From positions 46,402 to 110,401 of the forward strand of contig JAZPXY010000070.1 of the NCBI GenBank assembly GCA_045543875.1: 64,000 nt of DNA, read 5' to 3'. Source of the stretch: Bulleidia sp. Its GTDB lineage: Bacteria; Bacillota_I; Bacilli_A; Erysipelotrichales; Erysipelotrichaceae. This document shows, piece after piece, positions 36,688-46,157 of the stretch (positions are counted from its first letter, which is position 1; every line of letters begins with the position of its first letter). The notes under the pieces were generated by a model. It was not told the origin of the DNA. It was given only the letters and a program-made list of their open reading frames with translations, and made no database searches. Position numbers and translations under genes: made by a program.

Positions 36688-38664
36688 TTATTTTGCGTGC
36701 TTTTCAAACCAGCCGGTGATTTCTTCCAGACGTCTGATTCTGTGCAGAGGCTTGCCGCTGCGGCTCAGTTCATGGTTCTCACCCTTGAAGATGACGAGAC
36801 GTGTTTCCACGTTTCTGACAGCCAGTGCCTGCATCATCTGCATGCCTTCCGGCAGCGGGCATCGGAAGTCTTCATCACTGTGAATGAACAGGGTCGGTGT
36901 CTTGCAGTTTTCGGCATACTTCAGCGGTGAATGATTCCACAGATATTCCGTGTTGGCTTCACCGAAGAGGCCCTTGGCACCGCACTGATCCGGTCCGAAA
37001 TAGAGACCGATGTCACTGATGAAGGAGAAGCTGACCCAGTTGGCAATGGAACGCTGGGAAGCAGCACAGCAGAATCTGTCGGTATGGGTAATGATCCAGT
37101 TGGTCATGAAGCCGCCGTAGGATCCGCCGGTCTCGCAGATTCTCTTCTCATCGATGTTCGGATATTTCTTCAGTACGGCATCGGTGAAATCCATCAGGTT
37201 GTCGAAGTCGACAGAACCGTACTGATCTCTGATGTCGGCAAATTCATCGCCGCGTCCGTCGGAGCCTCTGATGTTGGTAAAGAAGACAACATAGCCCTTG
37301 GAAGCCCAGACCTGCATCTCATGGAAGAAGTTGGTGCCGTAGACTGTGCGCGGACCGCCGTGGATATCCAGGATTGCCGGATATTTCTTTTTCTTGTCAA
37401 AATCCTGCGGCAGCAGTACCCAGCCGTGCAGCTGATCTTCACCGGAGGTGTAGTTGATCAGGTTCGGCTTGGCAATGTACTTGCCCTTGAGGGCATCGCC
37501 GTTCAGGTTTGTCACCTTGACGACATTCTTGCCGTTCAGATCCATCTCATAGATTTCCATGAGGCTTGTTTCCGATGCTCTGGCAAAGGCAATCTTTTTG
37601 CCGGCAATGTCGAAGAAATAGGTATTGCCGGTTTCGGCAAGCAGGACAGTCTTGTTGAAGCTGCTGTCATACTTCCACAGTTCGGTATGATCTTCCTCGG
37701 TTGCCAGGGTATAGAAGGCATCCTTGAAGACCTTGCTCTGACGGCCGCCGCCGAGGCTGATGTCGCCGCCGACAGTGTCATGGAGCTGACGTTCCGGCTT
37801 GAGAATGGTCTCCAGCTTCTGATCAGCGATCTTTGTGAAGGCGCCGGTTTCATTGATGCCGAATGTCTTCATATCGGAAGCCTGGGCATACAGTTCACCC
37901 TTCAGGAACATCAGGCCGTGAATGGCATGGGTATTTTTTCCGTAAACCGTCTCGGTCTTGCCGCTTTCGGTATCATAGGCATATACCTTGTCAGTCATCT
38001 GCCGTCTTCTGTCCTTGGTGTTGCCGACATAGTAGACCTTATTGCCTTCAACCAGGATTTCATCAGTATCAAACTTCGGTGCTGTCACTCTTCTGCATTC
38101 AACGACGGCGCCGGTCTTTACGATAAACAGAGCCGTTCTGCGCTTGTTGATGTAGCCGACATTGTTGAACCAGTACGGAACTTCGTCGACAACATGGTAG
38201 TCTTCTTCGGCTTTCTTTTCTTCCAGCTTTTTCTTTCTGGTTTCTTCGTTGTCCTTATAGGCATCCGGATCATTGGCATCGATCAGGCCGAGTGCAGCAT
38301 AGACACCATTGGATACCTTTTTGAATTCTCTGACCGGGAAAGGCAGAGTCAGCCACTTCTGGGCTTCGCCGCCGGTTACATCGAGCTTAAACAGATCTGT
38401 TGTGCCCGGAACATCATCTTCTGTGCTTCTGGTGACGATCAGGGTTGTATCATCTTCCCAGCCGACGATGGATGTATTCAGGGTTGCGGTCAGCTGCTTT
38501 GCCTTGCCGTCTTTTACAAGCCATACATCACGGTCGTAGCTGTTCTTCTTTTCGTTCGGACGGGCAACCTGGAAGGCCAGATATGTGCCCTTTGTGCTGT
38601 ACTGCAGATTCTCAGGAAATCTGAAGCTGAATAAATCTCTGATTTCAACCGGTGCTTTAGTCAT
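36688..38664 (-). CDS. S9-family (acylaminoacyl/dipeptidyl) peptidase, copy 1
   Basis: Same catalytic motifs (GGSYGG, HSDEDFRC, GENHELSR); tandem paralog of the downstream gene. Confidence 0.92.
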   Translation of the reverse strand: MTKAPVEIRDLFSFRFPENLQYSTKGTYLAFQVARPNEKKNSYDRDVWLVKDGKAKQLTATLNTSIVGWEDDTTLIVTRSTEDDVPGTTDLFKLDVTGGEAQKWLTLPFPVREFKKVSNGVYAALGLIDANDPDAYKDNEETRKKKLEEKKAEEDYHVVDEVPYWFNNVGYINKRRTALFIVKTGAVVECRRVTAPKFDTDEILVEGNKVYYVGNTKDRRRQMTDKVYAYDTESGKTETVYGKNTHAIHGLMFLKGELYAQASDMKTFGINETGAFTKIADQKLETILKPERQLHDTVGGDISLGGGRQSKVFKDAFYTLATEEDHTELWKYDSSFNKTVLLAETGNTYFFDIAGKKIAFARASETSLMEIYEMDLNGKNVVKVTNLNGDALKGKYIAKPNLINYTSGEDQLHGWVLLPQDFDKKKKYPAILDIHGGPRTVYGTNFFHEMQVWASKGYVVFFTNIRGSDGRGDEFADIRDQYGSVDFDNLMDFTDAVLKKYPNIDEKRICETGGSYGGFMTNWIITHTDRFCCAASQRSIANWVSFSFISDIGLYFGPDQCGAKGLFGEANTEYLWNHSPLKYAENCKTPTLFIHSDEDFRCPLPEGMQMMQALAVRNVETRLVIFKGENHELSRSGKPLHRIRRLEEITGWFEKHAK

Positions 38665-39202
38665 ATTTTCCCTCCTTATATGCTCTGACTAAGAATGTCA
38701 TGCCAATGGTCTTGGCATCGGTGATTTCTCCACTGATAATTTTGGCAGTGATTTCGTCCAATGTCATCTTTGATACATTCAGATCTTCATCCGCATCCAG
38801 GTGCTGGCCTTTGAACGCTCCCTGTTTTGCATAATACAGATAAATAATCTCGCTGTCGTAGGCCGGGGTCGGGGCCATCTGTCCAAGATAAAAGAAATCT
38901 TCTCCTTCATAGCCGGTTTCCTCAATGATCTCGCGCTTTGCCGTAAGCAGCGGCTCTTCGCCTGCTTCCCGCTTGCCGGCCGGATATTCGGTCATGACCT
39001 TTTCCTGGGCATAGCGGTACTGTGTCACCATGAAGAATCTGCCTTCTTCATCTTCCATGGCAATGCCGACTCCGCCGGGATGCTCAACAACTTCCCGCGG
39101 CACTCTCTGGCCGTCGGCTGTTTCCGCTTCATCTTTGCGGACATTGAGGATCAGTCCCTGATAGACATAGTCCTTTTTGATTGTTTTTTCTTTCAGATCC
39201 AT
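38657..39202 (-). CDS. Nudix hydrolase (ADP-ribose pyrophosphatase NudF-like)
   Basis: REVVEHPGGV, Nudix box GKREAGEEPLLTAKREIIEETG and I.DAKT. Confidence 0.9.
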   Translation of the reverse strand: MDLKEKTIKKDYVYQGLILNVRKDEAETADGQRVPREVVEHPGGVGIAMEDEEGRFFMVTQYRYAQEKVMTEYPAGKREAGEEPLLTAKREIIEETGYEGEDFFYLGQMAPTPAYDSEIIYLYYAKQGAFKGQHLDADEDLNVSKMTLDEITAKIISGEITDAKTIGMTFLVRAYKEGKYD

Positions 39203-39257
39203 ACCGTGATCTCCTGTATTTTTTCAATATTATATAATAGGTTTGCGAGGTGAGCTT

Positions 39258-39665
39258 ATGAAAATCTACTTTGCCGGATCCATCCGCGGCGGTCAGTCAG
39301 ATACCGCTCTCTATCATGACATGATCGAACACATCAAGGAGACAGATACGGTTCTGACCGAACAGGTCGGTGATCTTTCCCACTCTGCCAGAGAAGGCAG
39401 CTTCCGTGATGATGCAAAGATCTATGATAAGGATACTGCCTGGCTGCGAGAATGCGATATGGTCATTGCCGAATGCACGGTGCCGTCTCTTGGTGTCGGG
39501 TATGAACTGGCCTATGCCGAAAAGCTGAACAAGCCGGTGCACATCTTCTACCGTCCTTCGAAGACAAATCTTTCCGCCATGTTAAAGGGCGATCCCTACT
39601 TTCACATTCATCCCTATGAAACAAAAGAAGAACTTCTTGCCACGATCGATGCGATCAGGCAGTGA
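39258..39665 (+). CDS. Nucleoside 2-deoxyribosyltransferase-family protein, DNPH1/Rcl-like 5'-monophosphate N-hydrolase
   Basis: IYFAGSIRGG, TVLTE, DTAWL..CD.VIAE, PSLGVGYEL and LSAML, collinear with DNPH1-type motifs. Confidence 0.85.
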   Translation: MKIYFAGSIRGGQSDTALYHDMIEHIKETDTVLTEQVGDLSHSAREGSFRDDAKIYDKDTAWLRECDMVIAECTVPSLGVGYELAYAEKLNKPVHIFYRPSKTNLSAMLKGDPYFHIHPYETKEELLATIDAIRQ

Positions 39666-39675
39666 AGTTCTTTTT

Positions 39676-40989
39676 TTACTCTCTGACAGGTTCTCTGATG
39701 ACCTGTCCGTAATAGATGCGGGTCAGAATATCGACAGCCAGCAGCGGCAGCACTGCCCCGGCAGTCAGCAGCAGGATCTGGGAAAGACTTGCCTGGGCAC
39801 TGCGGTATAAAGACAGGAAGGCGGTGCCGGCATAGACAATAACTGTCAGCAGAACCAGCAGATAGAATCCGGATACTTCCCGGTGCATGATCTTTTTCCG
39901 CTCCTCTTCCGAGACACCGACCTGGGAAAGGATATGATACTCCTGACCGCGGCCGGCAAGATCGGTCTCAAGACGGAACATGATCGTCAGTGACTGCAGA
40001 ACGGCAATGCTGATATAGGAAACCATGACCAGCAGGTATTCCAGCGGTGAATTGTTTCTGGCAAACAGCATTGTCATGACAACCATCAGATCGCAGATCA
40101 GCAAGAATATCGTAATCTTTGCGAACTGAATGTCACGGCGCAGGAAGCCGGAGGATACCATGGCGGCCGTCTTTTTTGTGCCGCTTTTGCGGTTGATCCT
40201 GGTCAGCAGCGGCAGGAAGACATATTCCGCTGCCCGGTTCAGGCCGACACAGCCGATGACCATACTGACGGCAAGGGCACCGGAGCCGTTGAAGAAGTTA
40301 TACAGCGGCAGGACGGCAGCGATGATGGCGATGATATTGAGAATCATCTGCACCGCCGGTTTCGAGGCAAGACCATAGGAACTCCTGTCTTTCATGGCTC
40401 CCATATTGCCGCCGGCAAGCAGCACTGCCCCGCTCTTGTAGGCAAAGCTGCAGTTCAGCAGCACCGTCCAGAATACAACAAACAGAATGACGGCAAAGAA
40501 TTCAACCAGGGCATAGGATGATACGGTAACCGTCAGGGCTTCTCCCTGAGCTGCCAGCAGCGTATTCATCAGTCCGATCAGGCCGTATCCGGTCGCAATG
40601 CCGAGGGGAATCGAAATCACCATCAGCAGCACTGTCTGGATCAGCAGATACATGGCCAGCTGAATATAGGTGGCGCCGCAGATCATGCGGACTGCCAGTT
40701 CCTTGGCCTTGTTCTTGACAAAGAAATCATTGCAGAAAAGCAGATCAATGAAGCACATGATGACAATGAATACCATCATCAGATTGCCGGCATTGCCCTT
40801 CTCCATCATCTGGATCAGATCCGCAAGATTGCTGCCGGAGACATACACTTCAATTTCCCCGCCGGTTGCGGCATATGCCATATTGAAGTAGACAAACAGC
40901 AGGGCCGTTGTGATGTAGAAGGTCAGGGCAAAGAACAGTGCCTTGGAGCGGCTGTTCTTCAGTGAGCGGATCGCTTCCTTGAAGATCAT
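39676..40989 (-). CDS. FtsX-like / BceB-type ABC transporter permease (10 TM, no large extracellular loop)
   Basis: KELAVRMICGAT and EYHILSQVGVS coupling segments; 10 hydrophobic helices counted. Confidence 0.8.
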   Translation of the reverse strand: MIFKEAIRSLKNSRSKALFFALTFYITTALLFVYFNMAYAATGGEIEVYVSGSNLADLIQMMEKGNAGNLMMVFIVIMCFIDLLFCNDFFVKNKAKELAVRMICGATYIQLAMYLLIQTVLLMVISIPLGIATGYGLIGLMNTLLAAQGEALTVTVSSYALVEFFAVILFVVFWTVLLNCSFAYKSGAVLLAGGNMGAMKDRSSYGLASKPAVQMILNIIAIIAAVLPLYNFFNGSGALAVSMVIGCVGLNRAAEYVFLPLLTRINRKSGTKKTAAMVSSGFLRRDIQFAKITIFLLICDLMVVMTMLFARNNSPLEYLLVMVSYISIAVLQSLTIMFRLETDLAGRGQEYHILSQVGVSEEERKKIMHREVSGFYLLVLLTVIVYAGTAFLSLYRSAQASLSQILLLTAGAVLPLLAVDILTRIYYGQVIREPVRE

Positions 40990-41756
40990 GCCCGTTTTCT
41001 CCTGCTTCTGCCGGCGGAACTGATCGATACGATCTTCTGGAAGTATTCATCCTGATCCATACCTTCCCTGGAGATTTCAGTGCTGATGGCTCCGTCACGG
41101 ATAAAGATCAGTCTGGATGTAAAGGATGCGACATAGGAATCGTGCGTAACCATGACAATGGTTGCGCCGCTTTCCCGGTTCATCTTTTCAAACAGTTCCA
41201 TCAGTTCTTCCGAATTTTCAGAGTCCAGATTGCCGGTCGGCTCATCAGCGACAATGATGCCGGGATCATTGATCAGAGCTCTGGCAATGGCGGTTCTCTG
41301 TCTCTGACCGCCGGAACATTCCAGCGGCACCTTGTTCAGCAGCATCTCAATATTCAGCTTCTTTGCGATGGCTGTCACCTTGTCCTCGATCAGCTTCGGA
41401 TCAGCCTTGGCAAGGGTCAGCGGCAGAGCGATGTTTTCAAAGATGGTATGTGTATCCAGAAGATTGAAATTCTGGAAAATGAAGCCGAGGTTCTCATAGC
41501 GGAAGCGTCCGATTTCATTGGCACTCATATTCATGACATTTTTGCCCTGGATATAGACCTGGCCGTCGGTCGGATAATCCATTGTTGAAATCATATTGAT
41601 AAATGTGGATTTGCCCGATCCGGACGGTCCCATGACGCCGAGAAAATCTCCCCTGTGCACCTCGATGTTGATATCATGCAGTGCCGTAACGGCATTCAGG
41701 GAATCGGCATTGTAAACCTTCTTCAGTTTCTTTGTATAAAGTACGATATCGTCCAT
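40986..41756 (-). CDS. ABC transporter ATP-binding protein (BceA/LolD-like)
   Basis: GPSGSGKST, GFIFQNFNLL, SGGQRQR, ADEPTGNLD and VTHD. Confidence 0.95.
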   Translation of the reverse strand: MDDIVLYTKKLKKVYNADSLNAVTALHDINIEVHRGDFLGVMGPSGSGKSTFINMISTMDYPTDGQVYIQGKNVMNMSANEIGRFRYENLGFIFQNFNLLDTHTIFENIALPLTLAKADPKLIEDKVTAIAKKLNIEMLLNKVPLECSGGQRQRTAIARALINDPGIIVADEPTGNLDSENSEELMELFEKMNRESGATIVMVTHDSYVASFTSRLIFIRDGAISTEISREGMDQDEYFQKIVSISSAGRSRRKRA

Positions 41757-41779
41757 ACATGCCTCCTGATTACCTGCTT

Positions 41780-41816
41780 ATTTTAATTGAAAAAAAAGAA
41801 GCGGACAACGCTTCTC
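41780..41816 (-). promoter_or_regulatory. Terminator of the LytTR gene overlapping the ABC operon promoter
   Basis: Hairpin GAAGCG-TTGTC-CGCTTC-T8; the same bases give TTGTCC-17 nt-TAAAAT (41808-41780). Confidence 0.5.
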
Positions 41817-41862
41817 ATTCTTCCCGGTTCAGCAGTCTGCTGCAGACAGCTGCACACTCCTG

Positions 41863-42543
41863 TCAGATGATTTGTTTTTTCAGGGCAGTCCGGCATCCGC
41901 GGCTCATCAGAAATGGTTCCTGAACCCCTTCCAGATACAGTTTTCCGCGGCTGACTGACTGTATTTTTGACAGATTGACAAAACAGAAGCGGCTGATATA
42001 CACAAAACTGTTTTCCGGCATGAGCGCAAAAACTTCCTTCAGTGCTGCTCGCTTCAGACGATAGCTTTTGTCCCGGGTGTGGACAATGACATGCCGGCAG
42101 TAAAGATCGGCATAGATGATGTCGGAAACCCGCAGCCGGATGGTTCTTCTCTGGGATGTTTCCAGAACAACATGCTGTTTCCGGGCCAGTTCCGACCTCA
42201 GCTTTTTCACCAGTTCCCCGGCATGGGTATCAAGCTGCTTCTTGGTTATAAATGCCGCAACGTTGCTGCCGAATGCTTTCTGAATGATTTCCATATGATC
42301 GGTCACAAAAACAATCAGGCAGTTTTCGTCTGTTTCCCGCAGTTTCTCGGAAACGGCTAAACCGTCCTGATCAGGAATATCCTCATCCAGGAACACGAGG
42401 TCAAAATGACTGTATTTGAGTATCCGGAAAAACATTTCGGCAGTATAGAATGAACGGAAGTCAGCATGGAAGCAGTGCTGCCGCAGTTCTGACTGCAGAT
42501 GCCTGTGAAAGGCAGGCTCTCCGGCAACGATTGCCACATTCAT
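41863..42543 (-). CDS. LytTR-family response regulator (orphan, atypical receiver)
   Basis: Receiver LVFLDEDIP, IVFVT and FITK; LytTR SDIIYA and FVYISRFCFVNLSKI. Start uncertain (42543 or 42576). Confidence 0.85.
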   Translation of the reverse strand: MNVAIVAGEPAFHRHLQSELRQHCFHADFRSFYTAEMFFRILKYSHFDLVFLDEDIPDQDGLAVSEKLRETDENCLIVFVTDHMEIIQKAFGSNVAAFITKKQLDTHAGELVKKLRSELARKQHVVLETSQRRTIRLRVSDIIYADLYCRHVIVHTRDKSYRLKRAALKEVFALMPENSFVYISRFCFVNLSKIQSVSRGKLYLEGVQEPFLMSRGCRTALKKQII

Positions 42544-42640
42544 GATTTCATGATAATTCCGATTTTCTTTTTGCACGACCGTTTGTCACACTTCTGCACG
42601 AAAAAAGAACCCTGCATCAGCAGAGTTCTTTCCGTATTGC

Positions 42641-44227
42641 TTACTTGATGATTGATTCGAGCCAGTTCGGATCCGGTTCATAGCCGAGCAGCTTGACAAC
42701 AGTTGCGGCAACGTTTGCCAGTCCGAAGTCGCCTTCTTCCTTGACTTCCGTTCCTTCCGGTCCGTTATAGACAGCAAACGGTACGACTGCCAGAGTATGG
42801 CTTGTCTTTGCCTTCGGTGTGCCGTCTTCGTTGAAGCCCTTGTCATACATCTGGTCGGAGTTGCCGTGGTCAGCAGTAACGATCAGTGTATAATCCATCT
42901 TCTTGCAGGCATCCATGATTCTCTTCAGCATCAGGTCTACCGACTCGACACCGATCAGAGTAGCTTCATAGTTTCCGGTATGGCCGACCATGTCGCCGTT
43001 CGGATAGTTGCATCTCAGGAACTGATATTCACCGGATTCAATGGCTTCTACCATCTTGTCAGTGATTTCCGTAGCCTTCATCCACGGCTTCAGTTCAAAC
43101 GGAATGATATCGGACGGAATTTCCACCCATGTCTCCAGTTCATCGGAGAACTTTTCGGAACGGTTGCCGTTCCAGAAGTATGTAACATGACCGAACTTCT
43201 GTGTTTCCGAGCAGGCATAGCTCTTGACGCCCTTGTTTACCAGGAATTCAGACAGTGTATGTTCGATATGCGGCGGTTCTACCAGGAAGTTTGTCGGCAG
43301 ATGCAGGTCGCCGTCATACTGCAGCATGCCGGCATAGAATACATCCGGCTTCTTGACCTGATCAAATGCATCAAATCCCTTGTTCATGTAGTCAAATGCC
43401 TTGGAAATTTCAACTGCACGGTCGCCTCTGAAGTTGTAGAGGATGACAGAGTCGCCGTCATCGATTGTTCCGACCGGTGTCTCACCGTCCGCAATGACGA
43501 AGCCCGGCAGGAACTGGTCTGTATATCCGCCTTCTTCACGCAGCGTTTCGATTGCTTCTTTGGCGGAAGCGAACTTTCTGCCGTCGCCCATGACATGGAT
43601 ATGCCAGCCCTTTTCAACCATCGACCAGTCAGCTTCATAACGGTCCATCGTAATGACCATACGGCCGCCGCCGGAAGCGATTCTGCCGTTGAATGTGCCG
43701 TCATTCAGTTCTGCCAGTGTTTCTTCAAGCTGATCAACATACTTGAGAGCAGATGTTTCCGGAACATCACGTCCGTCGAGCAGGATATGAACTCTGACTT
43801 CGTTGATGCCTTCCTTCTTGCATTCCTTGATCATTGCCAGCAGGTGGGAAATATTTGAATGTACGTTTCTGTCGGAAAGCAGGCCGAGGAAATGCATTTT
43901 GCCGTTGTGGGATTTTACAAATTCAGCCGCACCCTTCCAGGCACCGGATTCATAGATGCTGCCGCTGTCAATGGACTCATTGACAAGCTTTGCACCCTGG
44001 GAATAAATCTGTCCGCAGCCAAGTGCGTTATGACCGACTTCGGAGTTGCCCATGTCAGTATCATCGGGCAGACCTACTGCCGTGCCGTGAGCCTTGATTG
44101 TCGTATGCGGCCATTCTGTCATTAATTCTTCGATCTGTGGCTTGTAGGCGTGAAGAACAGCATTGCCCATGTCTTTTTCTGTCCATCCGACACCATCCAT
44201 AACCACCAGTACTACTGGTTTTGCCAT
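42641..44227 (-). CDS. gpmI: 2,3-bisphosphoglycerate-independent phosphoglycerate mutase
   Basis: VVMDGVG, MGNSEVGH, LDGRD, FNFRGDR-like YNFRGDR, ETQKFGHVTYF, NGDMVGHTG and TADHGN. Confidence 0.97.
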   Translation of the reverse strand: MAKPVVLVVMDGVGWTEKDMGNAVLHAYKPQIEELMTEWPHTTIKAHGTAVGLPDDTDMGNSEVGHNALGCGQIYSQGAKLVNESIDSGSIYESGAWKGAAEFVKSHNGKMHFLGLLSDRNVHSNISHLLAMIKECKKEGINEVRVHILLDGRDVPETSALKYVDQLEETLAELNDGTFNGRIASGGGRMVITMDRYEADWSMVEKGWHIHVMGDGRKFASAKEAIETLREEGGYTDQFLPGFVIADGETPVGTIDDGDSVILYNFRGDRAVEISKAFDYMNKGFDAFDQVKKPDVFYAGMLQYDGDLHLPTNFLVEPPHIEHTLSEFLVNKGVKSYACSETQKFGHVTYFWNGNRSEKFSDELETWVEIPSDIIPFELKPWMKATEITDKMVEAIESGEYQFLRCNYPNGDMVGHTGNYEATLIGVESVDLMLKRIMDACKKMDYTLIVTADHGNSDQMYDKGFNEDGTPKAKTSHTLAVVPFAVYNGPEGTEVKEEGDFGLANVAATVVKLLGYEPDPNWLESIIK

Positions 44228-44352
44228 GATTTTTTTCTCCTTTATTCTCTCCTATAAATATATCATAGTTAAAAGAACTGTTATTTAATGAGTTTCGATT
44301 TCTCTTTCAAAAATATCTGCGGCTTTATTGAGCCGAAGATTCTTTCCTGCGT

Positions 44353-45486
44353 TCAGCTGTCGTATTCGCCGTATTCACAGCCGCAGTGGGTAACCGAGAT
44401 CCCGTCAATCAGCACTTTTCCTTCTGCACTCCTGGCATAGATCCTGACGGTGCCGATGCCGGTGCCGCCGTTGTAAAGATTGTTGTGCCTCTTGCTTCCG
44501 TCCGGGGCTTCATAATTGATCTTCAGCATTTCCCTTTTCAGGCAGGAAATATCGGTTTCCATGATATAGCCGCTGTTTTCCTGGACGACATGCCAGTAAA
44601 CCTTCTCATCATCTTCCCGGAAATCAAAGGATGTCTTCGGAAATGTCCAGAACTTTGAAAAGTTGAATTCAAATTCCCGTCCTTCATAATACAGGGCACC
44701 CAGAAGCTTTCTCTTCAGCGGTATGAAATATACCTTCGGGCATCCGCCGCCGATATCAAAGACACTGTTTTCCAGGAACCGGTTCTCCTTGGCCGAAAAC
44801 AGGGCGTTGGAAGACAGCCATACCCAGGGGCTGGTAAAGCCTCTGCCCCAGTTCTTGTCGGCATAGCCGTATGACTTTTCGGGAATGACAATATACTTGC
44901 GGCCGTTGAAGCGCACTTCACCTCTGTACTGTGTCTTCATGCCTTCCGCATGCCAGTACATTTCAAATGCCTTGATCATACGGAAGAAGGAAGAAGCACC
45001 ATAGCCGACATTGAAGGCAATCTGCTTGTCAAGCTGCAGCTCCCATTCCATCTCGCCGGCATCACTCATATATTCAGGATGTTCCTTTGCCTCCTCTTCA
45101 CTGACGCATACATGTCCCTTCAGCAGATTGTCGGAAGCGTAGCAGTCTGCGGCCGAAATGCTGTAGGGAGCCTTCTCGTGCATGATGACATCATTCCAGC
45201 CGAAGAACCGATGCAGCTGGCAGGCATCCTCACCCCAGCAGCCGGCCTTGACCATCAGATAGGACGGCTTTATATGCTTTTCCTGATTCTCCGGCAGCTG
45301 TCCGAAGACAGGCCTGTCAGAGCCCAGTGCCGGGTTGCATGTATAGAATTCAATAAAGAATGATTTTTCTTCACCGTTTTCGGCATCGATGCCGGTAAAG
45401 GAATGCCACCACCAGTCATATCCCTTCCTGGCAAAGGATCCCTTCAGCATGAATTCATTTCTTCTCAGATCACTGATATCAAACAC
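44353..45486 (-). CDS. Tocopherol cyclase-family (lipocalin-like beta-barrel) protein
   Basis: GYDWWWHSF, MYWHAEGM, YADKNWGRGF..PWVW and SVFDIGG; GTG start. Confidence 0.72.
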   Translation of the reverse strand: MFDISDLRRNEFMLKGSFARKGYDWWWHSFTGIDAENGEEKSFFIEFYTCNPALGSDRPVFGQLPENQEKHIKPSYLMVKAGCWGEDACQLHRFFGWNDVIMHEKAPYSISAADCYASDNLLKGHVCVSEEEAKEHPEYMSDAGEMEWELQLDKQIAFNVGYGASSFFRMIKAFEMYWHAEGMKTQYRGEVRFNGRKYIVIPEKSYGYADKNWGRGFTSPWVWLSSNALFSAKENRFLENSVFDIGGGCPKVYFIPLKRKLLGALYYEGREFEFNFSKFWTFPKTSFDFREDDEKVYWHVVQENSGYIMETDISCLKREMLKINYEAPDGSKRHNNLYNGGTGIGTVRIYARSAEGKVLIDGISVTHCGCEYGEYDS

Positions 45487-45529
45487 TGCAAATCACACTC
45501 CTCTGTTGAAAAAAAGCAGGTTTCCCTGC

Positions 45530-45838
45530 TCATTTGTCGGTATTTTCGGGCAGATAGAAGATCTGTTCCCCATCTTTTGTAAGCATGTAGTTGCCGCGGG
45601 CATAGCTCTGTACATAGTCGGGATCCTGCAGCTTTGTCTTTTCGTTTGTAAGATAGGTGTTTTCATCCTGCACTTCCTGCAGTTTTGCCTTAACTTCCGC
45701 CAGTTCCTGATGCAGGCGGAATGTCGTATATACTTCCATGCCTACGGAATAAAGCATGAAGCCGGACATCAGCACCAGAATCAGGCAGAGAAATTTGGTG
45801 ATCGGTGCAAGCTTTCTTTTTTTCTTTCTGACTGTCAT
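45530..45838 (-). CDS. divIC: Septum formation initiator DivIC/FtsB family
   Basis: Basic N-terminus, TM helix, coiled coil and DPDYVQSYAR..Y.L.K.GE; located after yabO and mfd. Confidence 0.85.
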   Translation of the reverse strand: MTVRKKKRKLAPITKFLCLILVLMSGFMLYSVGMEVYTTFRLHQELAEVKAKLQEVQDENTYLTNEKTKLQDPDYVQSYARGNYMLTKDGEQIFYLPENTDK

Positions 45839-45869
45839 GCATTCTCCTTCTCTCTTTTCATATCATATA

Positions 45870-46157
45870 TCACGGTTGTTCGTCTTCAGCAAGCGGCTTC
45901 GGTTCGATTCTGGTTTCGGAAATGATCTCATACATGTCTGCCGCATCCTGTTTTTTCTTTACTTCTGCGGTTGAGAGCACCCGGATTTCCAGTCTTCTTG
46001 TGCCGAAGGTAATGGCGACGATATCACCGGCATTTACCTCATGGGAGGGTTTGACAATACGGCCGTTGATTTCCACTCTTTCATTCTGCGCCAGTTCCTT
46101 GGAGACTGCCCGTCTCTTCAGAATTCTTGAAGCTTTCAGGTATTTGTCAATTCTCAC
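45870..46157 (-). CDS. yabO: S4 RNA-binding protein (YabO/RqcP, Hsp15-like)
   Basis: GTG start; RIDKYLKASRILKRRAVSKEL, V.INGR.VKPS.EV..GD. Confidence 0.9.
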   Translation of the reverse strand: MRIDKYLKASRILKRRAVSKELAQNERVEINGRIVKPSHEVNAGDIVAITFGTRRLEIRVLSTAEVKKKQDAADMYEIISETRIEPKPLAEDEQP

